Positions 8,602 through 16,250 of a stretch of 46,022 nucleotides of DNA are shown here, piece after piece. The notes under the pieces were generated by a model that saw nothing but the letters and a program-made list of their open reading frames with translations, searched no databases and was not told the origin of the DNA. Position 1 is the stretch's first letter. Every line of letters begins with the position of its first letter. Source of the DNA: Candidatus Methylomirabilota bacterium (GTDB taxonomy: Bacteria > Methylomirabilota > Methylomirabilia > Rokubacteriales > CSP1-6); the NCBI GenBank assembly GCA_035455085.1, contig DATIFV010000207.1, forward strand, positions 1-46,022. Reading direction: 5' to 3'. The translations under genes were made by a program, and so were the position numbers.

Positions 8602-9067
8602 GCGTCCCTCGTCGCCCCGCCGGGGCCCGCGACTGCCATCCCCCGCGCGCACGCTCCTCATCGTGGCGCTCGCGGTGGTCGTCTCGGTCGTGGGCTATCA
8701 GGCACTCCGCCTCGGCCGGTCGTGCTTCACCCTCGACGGTGCCCGCGCCGCGATCGAGACCCACGTCAAGGCCACGCAGGCGCGCCGGATCGCGCGGGTG
8801 CTCAAGGCCGCCGATCGCGAGCAGCTGGCCGCCCGGACCGCGGTGCGGGTGACCGCACTCGCCTGCGGGCCGACCCTGCTGGGTGGGGTGACGTGCCGCG
8901 CGCGCTACACGGTCAACGGCCGCAGCGCGGAGCAGGACCACTACTTCCGGATGAGCTATTCGCTACTGGCGGGATGGGAAGCGCCGAGCGTGCGGGAGAC
9001 GTCCGGCCTGCGCTACTCGCTCACGCCCTGCCGCTGCTCGTGGGCCGCCGACGGCCGCGAGCCGTGA
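8594..9067 (+). CDS. Hypothetical membrane-anchored protein (157 aa)
   Basis: TTG start overlaps the upstream stop by 8 nt. Basic N-terminus, then one TM (TLLIVALAVVVSVVGYQAL), then a small soluble domain with 4 Cys. The start codon and the 3' end (55-nt convergent overlap) are uncertain. Confidence 0.45.
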   Translation: MARRPSSPRRGPRLPSPARTLLIVALAVVVSVVGYQALRLGRSCFTLDGARAAIETHVKATQARRIARVLKAADREQLAARTAVRVTALACGPTLLGGVTCRARYTVNGRSAEQDHYFRMSYSLLAGWEAPSVRETSGLRYSLTPCRCSWAADGREP

Positions 9068-9657
9068 TCGCCGGCCGCCTTCCGCGGCCGATGCCCCTGG
9101 GTCTCGCCCAGACCCACCCCCCGCGCCCCGAGCGGGCGCGCCGAGTCGCCGCCGCCCCCGCTCCGTGACCCGAGGAGCGGAAACACCTCCCGGACGAGCC
9201 CCTCGTACTCCTCGACGGTCCGCCGGTAGATGTCGAGACCGGGCGCCTGGTGCAGATCGAGCGGGCCAGGCGCGGTCCCCGGCGGCAGGACCGAGACGTG
9301 GACGGCCTGGAAGCACGAGCGGCCGGGCTCGGGGCGGTCGGTCACCAGGATCTCGTAGAGCTCGGGCCACTGCAGCGCGACCTCGGGCGACCGCGCGGGC
9401 GCCTCGCGGCGAAGGTCGTCCTCGAGACGCGGGCAGTACCTCACCTCGATGGCGAGCAGCCGGTACGAGCGGTGGCCCAGGCTCGGCTCGTCGAGCGCCT
9501 TCCAGGCCACGAAGGCCGGCACCCTCAGACCGGTCCGGATGAGGGCCGAGACCTGGGTCTCACGCGCGACCCGGGCCACCATGTACTGCGCGCGCTTGAA
9601 GATGCCCTCGACGAGCGCCTCCGACATCCGCCCCTTCAGCCGGTTGATGTCGTCCAT
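9013..9657 (-). CDS. Hypothetical protein (214 aa)
   Basis: ATG start 3 nt after the stop of the upstream minus-strand gene. The first roughly 160 aa have a balanced, non-shadow composition. The low-complexity C-terminal tail may be read-through in GC-rich DNA. Confidence 0.5.
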   Translation of the reverse strand: MDDINRLKGRMSEALVEGIFKRAQYMVARVARETQVSALIRTGLRVPAFVAWKALDEPSLGHRSYRLLAIEVRYCPRLEDDLRREAPARSPEVALQWPELYEILVTDRPEPGRSCFQAVHVSVLPPGTAPGPLDLHQAPGLDIYRRTVEEYEGLVREVFPLLGSRSGGGGDSARPLGARGVGLGETQGHRPRKAAGDHGSRPSAAHEQRQGVSE

Positions 9658-9660
9658 GGC

Positions 9661-10077
9661 TCAGCGCGGGGCGTCCGAGATCTTGATGGCGAGCGCCCGC
9701 AGCCGCTCCAGCGTCTCGGGACGGAGCATCGCCGCGAAGGCGGCCGGATCGGACTTCGCGCGGTCGAGGGCTTCGCTGAGCCGCCGCGCATCACCTCCCG
9801 TGCTCCGGGCCAGGTCGGCGAAGACCTCGGCGGCGAGCCCGTAGACCTCCTGGACGAGCTGCGGGGAGCCCGCCATGCCCTGCACCTGCCGGTCGATGGC
9901 GGCCGCGGCGGGGTCGGAGGCGAGCACCTCGGCCCGCGCCGCCGGGTCGGCCAGCATCCGGAGGGTCGCGGCCAGGGCCTCCGCCGCGGCGGGGTCGAGC
10001 GCCTGCGCGGCGGGCGGCGTCCCGGACGGGGCGAGCACGGCGAGGACGAGCAGGGCGGTCCCGAGTCGCTTGATCAT
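9661..10077 (-). CDS. Secreted helical Ala-rich hypothetical protein
   Basis: The ATG at 10077 gives a clean Sec signal, MIKRLGTALLVLAVLAPSGTPPAAQA. The track start (TTG at 10125) is probably over-extended. Confidence 0.55.
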   Translation of the reverse strand: MIKRLGTALLVLAVLAPSGTPPAAQALDPAAAEALAATLRMLADPAARAEVLASDPAAAAIDRQVQGMAGSPQLVQEVYGLAAEVFADLARSTGGDARRLSEALDRAKSDPAAFAAMLRPETLERLRALAIKISDAPR

Positions 10078-10092
10078 GACGGGCCCGACAGG

Positions 10093-10108
10093 AGCAAGAG
10101 TCGGACCA
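10093..10108 (-). promoter_or_regulatory. Candidate sigma-54-type promoter (minus strand), TGGTCCGACTCTTGCT
   Basis: On the minus strand: GG-N10-GC with a perfect TTGCT -12 block and a TGG..C -24 block. It ends 15 nt upstream of the ATG at 10077. It shares CTCTTGCTCC with the match at 22842-22857. Confidence 0.35.
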
Positions 10109-10268
10109 CCGACCAACCATCGCAAAAGCCCGGAGTTGGGCGACGGGCCCGGGCGGCCTCCTGACGGGCTGTGTCAGACGGCCCCCGGTGATGGACACGG
10201 CTTGACCACCGGGCCCGGGCGGAGAATAATCGCCGGGCACTTCCACCCCCGCGCACGAGGAGAGCACG

Positions 10269-10739
10269 ATGGCCACAACCGCTCATCGGGAGGAGATCTG
10301 GGTGCCGGGCATGCCCGAGCCCATCAGCCACTTCGTCCACGTGGTGCGCGCCGGCCGGCTCGTCTTCGTCTCCGGCTGCGTGGCGAGCGACGAGCGGGGC
10401 CAGACCGTGGGGGCCGGCGACATCGTCGCCCAGACCCGTCAGGCTCACGAGAACATCAAGCGGTGCCTGGCCGCCGCGGGGGCCACCTTCGCCGACGTGT
10501 GCAAGGTGACCGTCTACCTGAAGAACATCGCGGACCGGGCCGCGGTCAACACGGTGCGCCAGCAGTACTTCGGGGCGAGCCGGCCCGCGAGCACCCTGAT
10601 CGAGATCTCGCAGTTCGTCCGCCCGGATCTGCTCATCGAGATCGAGGCGATCGCGGTGGTGCCCGAGAAGAAGGGCGGCGGGTCGCGGGGCAAGGCCAGG
10701 AGGGCGGCTCCCGCCCGGAAGGCGCGCCGCCGCCGCTGA
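10269..10739 (+). CDS. RidA/YjgF/UK114-family protein with basic C-terminal tail
   Basis: ...RAGRLVFVSGCVA...GDIVAQTRQAHENIKRCLAAAGATFADVCKVTVYLKN...STLIEISQFVRPDLLIEIEAIAVV is a typical RidA core. An extra roughly 25-aa Lys/Arg-rich tail follows. Confidence 0.85.
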   Translation: MATTAHREEIWVPGMPEPISHFVHVVRAGRLVFVSGCVASDERGQTVGAGDIVAQTRQAHENIKRCLAAAGATFADVCKVTVYLKNIADRAAVNTVRQQYFGASRPASTLIEISQFVRPDLLIEIEAIAVVPEKKGGGSRGKARRAAPARKARRRR

Positions 10740-10772
10740 GCGCGGCGGGCCACCGCGCCGCCCGACGTCATC

Positions 10773-12818
10773 ATGCTCCGGCGGGGTCTCGCCGCGCTCG
10801 TCCTGCTGCTCGCCGTCGCGCCCGCGCGTGCGCAGGACGCGGCCGAGCGCCTCGAGCCGGTGGTGGTCACCGCCACCCGCACCGAGCAGCGGCTCGGCGA
10901 AGCCCCCGCGAGCGTCAGCGTGCTCACCCGCGAGGACATCGCCCAGACCGCGGCGCAGAGCCTGGACGACCTGCTGCGGCAGGTGCCCGGCTTCAGCCTG
11001 TTCCGTCGCTCCTCGAGCCTCGTCTCCCACCCGACCACCCAGGGCGTCTCGCTGCGCGGCATCGGCCCCAGCGGCGCCAGCCGCGCTCTCGTCCTCCTCG
11101 ACGGCCTGCCCCTCAACGACCCGTTCGGGGGCTGGGTCTACTGGGACCGCGTCCCGCTGCAGAGCGTGGAGCAGGTGGAGGTGGTGCGCGGCGGCGGGGC
11201 CAGCGTGTGGGGCAACTACGCCCTCGGCGGGGTGATCAACATCATCACCCGGCGCCCCACCGGGCGGGCCGCCTTCTTCGAGGGCAGCTACGGCACCAAC
11301 GATACCCGCCACCTCGACCTGCTGCTGACCGAGGCTCTCGGCCCGGTCCGCCTGAGCCTCGAGGGCAATCACTTCTCCACCAACGGCTACAAGGTGGTGA
11401 GCGCCTCCCGGCGGGGCGCCATCGACGTGGACGCGGGCTCGGAGCACCTCACATTCAACGGACGGGTGGACGTGGTGCTCTCGCCCGACCTCACCGCCTT
11501 CGTGCGCGGCACCTACTACGAGGAGAGCCGGGACAACGGCACCCCGCTGCAGTTCAACCACACCGACTCGGGCTCCTTCGCGACCGGCCTGCGCGCACGC
11601 ACCGGCGACGGGAGCGAGTGGACCGGCGCGGTCTTCACCGATCTCCAGCAGTTCCGCAGCACCTTCTCCACCCAGGCCACCGACCGGAACTCGGAGACCC
11701 TCGCGCTCGACCAGCGGGTACCCTCCACCGCGGTGGGCGCCGCGCTGTCGTGGACCCGCGCCTTCGGCGCGCACCGGCTCCTCGCCGGCGCCGACTTCCG
11801 GTGGATCGACGGCGAGACCGACGAGCGGGTCTACGTGGCGGGAGCGTTCGCACGCACGCGGGTGGCGGGCGGCGAGCAGCAGCTCTACGGCCTGTTCCTG
11901 CAGGACGCCTACCGTCCCATCCCCATGCTCGAGCTGGTGGCGGGCATCCGGGGAGACTACTGGCGCGCCTACAACGGGTTCCGCCGCGACACCCCGGCGC
12001 CCGCCGGCATCCCGGCGCGCCAGACCTACTCGGACATCGACCGGATCGGGGTGAGCCCGCGGGTCGCCGCGGTGGTCCACGCCACCTCCACCACCGACGT
12101 GCGCGCCTCGGCGTACCAGGGCTTCCGGGTACCGACCATCAACGAGCTGTACCGCGTCTTCCGCGTACGCGCCGACGTCACAGTGGCCAACGAGCATCTC
12201 AAGCCCGAGCGGCTCACCGGCGGCGAGGTCGGAGCGGAGCAGCGCTGGGGGCCCTTCACCGGCCGCGCCACCGCCTTCTGGAACGAGGTGGAGGATCTGG
12301 TGGCCAACGTGACGCTCACCACACGGCTGCCCGACTGCCCGGCGGGGACCACCTGCCGGCAGCGACAGAACCTGGACCGGGCCCGCATCCGGGGAGTGGA
12401 GACCGAGCTCGAGCTGCGACCGGCCCGCGACTGGCGGATCCTCGCCGGCTACGTCTTCTCCGACGCGGAGGTGCTGGAGGCGCCCCAGCAGCGGACGCTC
12501 GAGGGCAAGCGTCTGGCCCAGGTGCCGCGTCACGGCGCCTCGGTCACCGTCCGCTACGACAACCCCGCGCTCCTCACCGCCGCGGCCACCGTGCGCTTCG
12601 TGGGCCGCCAGTTCGAGGACGACCTCAACACCCTGCCGCTCGGCAGCTATGCGCTCGTGGACCTGTTCCTGTCCCGCCGTCTCGCCCGCTGGGCCGAGAT
12701 CTTCGTCGGGATCGAGAACCTGCTCGACACCACCTACCGCACCGGGCGCACCAGCGAGGGGGTGGTCTCCATCGGCGCGCCGTTCCAGGTCCACGGCGGG
12801 GTGCGTCTCACGTTCTGA
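10773..12818 (+). CDS. TonB-dependent outer-membrane receptor
   Basis: Signal peptide MLRRGLAALVLLLAVAPARAQD, TonB box/plug (LEPVVVTATRTEQRLGEAPASVSVLTREDI, GVSLRGIG), long beta-barrel, terminal aromatic residue (...VRLTF). Confidence 0.9.
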   Translation: MLRRGLAALVLLLAVAPARAQDAAERLEPVVVTATRTEQRLGEAPASVSVLTREDIAQTAAQSLDDLLRQVPGFSLFRRSSSLVSHPTTQGVSLRGIGPSGASRALVLLDGLPLNDPFGGWVYWDRVPLQSVEQVEVVRGGGASVWGNYALGGVINIITRRPTGRAAFFEGSYGTNDTRHLDLLLTEALGPVRLSLEGNHFSTNGYKVVSASRRGAIDVDAGSEHLTFNGRVDVVLSPDLTAFVRGTYYEESRDNGTPLQFNHTDSGSFATGLRARTGDGSEWTGAVFTDLQQFRSTFSTQATDRNSETLALDQRVPSTAVGAALSWTRAFGAHRLLAGADFRWIDGETDERVYVAGAFARTRVAGGEQQLYGLFLQDAYRPIPMLELVAGIRGDYWRAYNGFRRDTPAPAGIPARQTYSDIDRIGVSPRVAAVVHATSTTDVRASAYQGFRVPTINELYRVFRVRADVTVANEHLKPERLTGGEVGAEQRWGPFTGRATAFWNEVEDLVANVTLTTRLPDCPAGTTCRQRQNLDRARIRGVETELELRPARDWRILAGYVFSDAEVLEAPQQRTLEGKRLAQVPRHGASVTVRYDNPALLTAAATVRFVGRQFEDDLNTLPLGSYALVDLFLSRRLARWAEIFVGIENLLDTTYRTGRTSEGVVSIGAPFQVHGGVRLTF

Positions 12819-13228
12819 TGGCCCGGCTGCGCATCCGGCTGGGGCCGCTCGCGTTCACCGCGCGCTGGGAGGAGCGGGCGGCGCCGCGCACCTGCGCGGC
12901 CTTCCGCCGGCTCCTGCCCTACCGGCAGCGGATCATCCAGGCGCGCTGGAGCGGCGAGGCGGGCTGGATCCCGCTCGGCGATCTCGATCTCGGCGTGGGG
13001 CCGGAGAACACGACGGGCGAGCCGGCGGCGGGGGCGATCCTCTTCTACCCCGGCGGGATCAGCGAGACCGAGATCCTCTTCCCGTACGGCGTCACGCGGT
13101 TCGCGAGCCGGCACGGCCCCCTCGCCGGCAATCACTTCCTCACGATCGAGGAGGGCCGCGCGCAGCTGCCCGAGGTGGGACGCCTGCTCTGCTGGGAGGG
13201 CGCCCAGGACATCACCTGGGAGGCGTAG
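12818..13228 (+). CDS. Small cyclophilin-like protein (resembles the DUF3830 family from memory)
   Basis: The ATG overlaps the receptor stop (TGATG). MARLRIRLGPLAFTARWEERAAPRTCAAFRRLLPYRQRIIQARWSGEAGWIPLGD... The family assignment is recollection, not a search. Confidence 0.5.
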   Translation: MARLRIRLGPLAFTARWEERAAPRTCAAFRRLLPYRQRIIQARWSGEAGWIPLGDLDLGVGPENTTGEPAAGAILFYPGGISETEILFPYGVTRFASRHGPLAGNHFLTIEEGRAQLPEVGRLLCWEGAQDITWEA

Positions 13229-14171
13229 CGGCACCGGACCGCTCCGGGGTCGGCCGCCAGGCCCTCACGAGCTCCTCGGCGCGGGCCAGCTGCTCGGGGC
13301 TGAGCTGTCCCTTGATCGAGTCGCGCGCCTGCCGCGCGGTCTCCGCCTCCCGGCCGAGCAGTCCCTGGGCCGCCACGCTGAACCACCGGTAGGCCTGCAC
13401 CGCGTCGCGCTCGATCCCCTGCCCGTTGGCGTAGCGCACGCCCAGGTTGAACTGCGCGAACGCCACCCCTTGCTCGGCCGCCCGCCGGTACCACTTCACC
13501 GCCTCCGCGTAGTCCTTGGTGATCCCGTCGCCGTTGGCGTAGCGCAGGGCGAGCTGGTACTGCGCGGGTGCCAGCCCCTGCTCGGCCGCCCGCCGGTACC
13601 ACCGCACCGCCTCCGCGGCGTCCTGGGGCACGCCCTCGCCGGCCGCATAGCGCAGCGCGAGCTGGTACTGCGCGGCGGCGGCGCCGCGGTCGGCCGCCGC
13701 GCGCAGCTGGCGCGCCTCCCGCGAGCCGCCCGGCGCGGCCAGCCGCCCCTCGGCGCGCATCTGATCGAGCGCGGCCTGGGCCGCGCGATTGCCCTGAGCG
13801 GCCGCCCGCTCGTACCACGCGGCGGCCTCCAGGTCGTCGCGCGCGACGCCGCGGCCCCAGGCATGGAGGAACCCAAGGCGGAACTGAGCGTGGACGTCCC
13901 CCTGCAGCGCGGCACGGCGATACCACGCGACCGCCTCGGCCGGATCGGCGGGCACACCCTGGCCGCGCTCGTGCAGGAACCCGATGAGGAACTGCGCGGC
14001 GGAATCCCCGCCCTCCGCGAGCGGTCGCCATTCGCGGTAGGCGCCCGGGTAGTCGCCCTGCTCGAAGGCCCGGCGACCCTCCTCGAACCCGGCCTCGGCG
14101 GAGGCCGCGATCAGCAGGGGGACGAGGAGGGTCAGGCCGGCGAGGGTCGCCGGCAGTCGGCCTACTTCCAG
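13212..14171 (-). CDS. Sel1-repeat (SLR/TPR-like) secreted protein; start codon unresolved
   Basis: At least 6 Sel1 repeats (AQFxLGxxYxxGxGVxxDxxEAxxWYRRAAxQG). The N-terminal LPATLAGLTLLVPLLIAASAEA looks like a signal peptide. There is no ATG/GTG/TTG near it; candidates are CTG at 14171 or GTG at 14291. Confidence 0.75.
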   Translation of the reverse strand: MEVGRLPATLAGLTLLVPLLIAASAEAGFEEGRRAFEQGDYPGAYREWRPLAEGGDSAAQFLIGFLHERGQGVPADPAEAVAWYRRAALQGDVHAQFRLGFLHAWGRGVARDDLEAAAWYERAAAQGNRAAQAALDQMRAEGRLAAPGGSREARQLRAAADRGAAAAQYQLALRYAAGEGVPQDAAEAVRWYRRAAEQGLAPAQYQLALRYANGDGITKDYAEAVKWYRRAAEQGVAFAQFNLGVRYANGQGIERDAVQAYRWFSVAAQGLLGREAETARQARDSIKGQLSPEQLARAEELVRAWRPTPERSGAATPPR

Positions 14172-14437
14172 CGCACGTGCACCTTGATCCTGGGATACTC
14201 CGGCTCGCGGCCCTCGACGTCGACGATGCGCAGGCCATCGGCGGACTCGAGCAGGAGGTTGTTGTTGGAGAAGCCCACCAGCTTGCCCCACGCCCGCGGG
14301 ACGCCGACCTCGTGCTTGGGCGTCTGGGCCTCCACCGCGGAGGGCGCGAGCTGCCCCTGCCAGAGATGCGCGGCGATGGCCACGAGGGCCAGGGCGATCA
14401 CGGTGAGCACACCCTTGACGTAGCGATCGGTGAGCAT
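14162..14437 (-). CDS. Small N-terminally anchored hypothetical protein (91 aa)
   Basis: AGGAGGA 6 nt upstream of the ATG. One TM (GVLTVIALALVAIAAHLW), then a small beta-rich domain with a normal composition. Confidence 0.55.
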   Translation of the reverse strand: MLTDRYVKGVLTVIALALVAIAAHLWQGQLAPSAVEAQTPKHEVGVPRAWGKLVGFSNNNLLLESADGLRIVDVEGREPEYPRIKVHVRWK

Positions 14438-14467
14438 GCAGATCCTCCTGGGCGCCCGAGGGCGGCG

Positions 14468-15373
14468 CTAGAGCAGACCGGGCACGAACGCGTCCCGGCC
14501 CCGCACGTAGGTGGCCTGGCGCTGGGCCGCGTTGCGGTTCACCAGCGGGCGCATGTACATGGGATGGGTCGCGCTGCGCACCTCGTGCTCGATCTCGGAG
14601 AGGCGCCGGCCGCTCTCCGGGTCCGCGATGACCTGGAAGCGGTACTGGTACGGATTGCTCTCCTCGGACAGGAGCCCGCGCTCCACCAGCCAGCCGTGCG
14701 GGCCCGAGAAGTCCGCGATATAGACGGCGACGTGATGGCCGTCGTAGGGGGCGATGGGCCCGTCCGTCTCCCGGAACACCATCTCCTGCCGGTTGCCGAC
14801 GCTGATGCGGGCGGCCGCGCCGGTGTCGTGCTCGCTCACGACGGCGGTCGCGCGCAGGGCCGTCCGGTAGAAGCCGGCGATCCCGGCCGCGGTGCCCCGC
14901 GCCACCGGGATCTCCACCCGCGCGATGCCGAGCGTCGTGTCGCCGAACTCGGCGGCGGGGGCCACGCACCGGAACTGGTTGCCCCAAGGACACGTGACCG
15001 CGACGTGCTTGTCGCCCAGCTCGTAGGCGAACCGGGTGCCCGCGAGCGCCTCGCGCACCGCGGCCAGGCGCCGGGTCAGCGCGTCGAGGTCCGGCACCAC
15101 CAGCTCGACGTGCCCCTGCAGGACCTGGGGCTTGCCGGTGGGCAGGTGGAACTGGGTCTGGCCCGCATTGGCCCACATGTTCTCCACGCTCACCATCAGG
15201 TAGGGATCGCGCGTGAGCCCGAGCCCCGCGATGTAGAACAGCGTGGCCACCTGCTGGTCCGGCACCCGCACGTTCACGTGCTCCAGCAGCAAGATGTTGC
15301 CGAGATCCTCCGCCCGCCGATCGAACGCTTTCCCCGCCATGGCCCCGGCCCTCCCCGGCCTGGGCGCAAGCAT
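14468..15373 (-). CDS. Putative VOC (glyoxalase/dioxygenase-fold) family protein
   Basis: Two halves with VOC-like motifs (LLLEHVNVRVPD...; HHVAVYIADF). Alternative ATG at 15340 with a better SD (GGGAGG). The family call comes from motif resemblance only. Confidence 0.55.
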   Translation of the reverse strand: MLAPRPGRAGAMAGKAFDRRAEDLGNILLLEHVNVRVPDQQVATLFYIAGLGLTRDPYLMVSVENMWANAGQTQFHLPTGKPQVLQGHVELVVPDLDALTRRLAAVREALAGTRFAYELGDKHVAVTCPWGNQFRCVAPAAEFGDTTLGIARVEIPVARGTAAGIAGFYRTALRATAVVSEHDTGAAARISVGNRQEMVFRETDGPIAPYDGHHVAVYIADFSGPHGWLVERGLLSEESNPYQYRFQVIADPESGRRLSEIEHEVRSATHPMYMRPLVNRNAAQRQATYVRGRDAFVPGLL

Positions 15374-15379
15374 ACTATT

Positions 15380-15595
15380 TCAGCGGGCCACCCGCACCCC
15401 TGCATTCGCAGCCTCGGCGCCTCCCCCGCCGGCGAGCCACCGCCCGAACCGGACGAGGGCGGCCCCGACGACGCGGCCCCATCCGCGGCGGCCGACCCGG
15501 CCCGACTCGATCAACGCGATCCGCGCGGCGGCGGCACGCAGATCCTCGAGGCGCGCCGCCGCGATCCTCTCGACCGCGTACACGTTCTCCATCAT
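15380..15595 (-). CDS. Small hypothetical protein (71 aa)
   Basis: GGGAGG SD upstream of ATGATG at 15595. Helical N-terminal half (MMENVYAVERIAAARLEDLRAAAARIALIE) and a Gly/Arg/Ala-rich hydrophobic tail. It lies 14 nt after the upstream gene. Confidence 0.4.
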   Translation of the reverse strand: MMENVYAVERIAAARLEDLRAAAARIALIESGRVGRRGWGRVVGAALVRFGRWLAGGGGAEAANAGVRVAR

Positions 15596-15609
15596 GACCC
15601 CCTCCCTTC

Positions 15610-16011
15610 CTATGCGGCCGGCCGGAGCCGGGCGGCGGGGCCGCCGAGCCCGGTGGGCCTCGCCTGCATCCCCCGCCGCGGCTCCTGCGCGAGCAGTACC
15701 AGGGAGAGCCGCATCGCGTCGGACCGGTCGAGTCCGCGGAAGACGTCGTGCGTGATCCGGCTGACCGCACCCACCGTGCCTTCGCTCCGCAGCGGCAGCC
15801 GCATCGACACGATCCAGCCGCGGCTCCAGCTCCAGCGCACCTCGGGCGCCGCGGCCGCGCCGAGCTCGCGGTGGATGGCGTCGGTCAACGCGATCTGCCT
15901 CGCGATGCTCTCCGCGCGGACACCGCGGAGCACCGCGGACAGCCACAGCAGCCCGGCGACCGCCAGGAAGGGCAGCACCGCGATCACCACCACGACCACC
16001 TGCGTCCTCAT
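15610..16011 (-). CDS. Hypothetical single-pass membrane protein (133 aa)
   Basis: The ATG overlaps the stop of the preceding small ORF (ATGA). MRTQVVVVVIAVLPFLAVAGLLWLSAVL forms the TM. It sits inside an over-extended 559-aa track ORF. Confidence 0.5.
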   Translation of the reverse strand: MRTQVVVVVIAVLPFLAVAGLLWLSAVLRGVRAESIARQIALTDAIHRELGAAAAPEVRWSWSRGWIVSMRLPLRSEGTVGAVSRITHDVFRGLDRSDAMRLSLVLLAQEPRRGMQARPTGLGGPAARLRPAA

Positions 16012-16199
16012 CGCATCCCCCTCTCCGGGGCATTCCTCACGGTCAGCCCCCGCTGCACCTCCGCGGCCCGGGCGCCCAGCCAGCTCTGCACGCGCGCGAG
16101 CACGTGCACCACCAGCGCGCTCGTCACGCACGTCACGAGCAGCCCCGCCAGGACCAGCACCTTGACTCGAACGATGTCTTCCATGGCCGTTGCCTCCAT
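16008..16199 (-). CDS. Small membrane protein (58-63 aa)
   Basis: One TM (VKVLVLAGLLVTCVTSALVVHVLA). The second ATG (16184) has a GGAGG 8 nt upstream and is the more likely start. Translationally coupled to the next gene. Confidence 0.45.
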   Translation of the reverse strand: MEATAMEDIVRVKVLVLAGLLVTCVTSALVVHVLARVQSWLGARAAEVQRGLTVRNAPERGMR

Positions 16200-16250
16200 T
16201 CGCCACGTGAGACACCGGCCACGGCGCCGCGTGAAAGGGGCGGTCTGCGG

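Noticed and set aside
9013-9657. PD-(D/E)xK nuclease-like pattern in the 214-aa hypothetical (EALVEGIFKRAQYMV ... PAFVAWK ... LLAIEVRY).
   Set aside because: The layout recalls Mrr/Hjc-type cores, but the expected Asp is Ala (PAF rather than PDF) and the Lys is Arg. I cannot support the fold or nuclease activity from the sequence alone, so it stays a hypothetical protein.
10665-10739. Lys/Arg-rich C-terminal tail of RidA as a distinct functional domain.
   Set aside because: It may simply reflect a delayed stop codon. There is no motif beyond basic residues. It is mentioned under the operon finding only.
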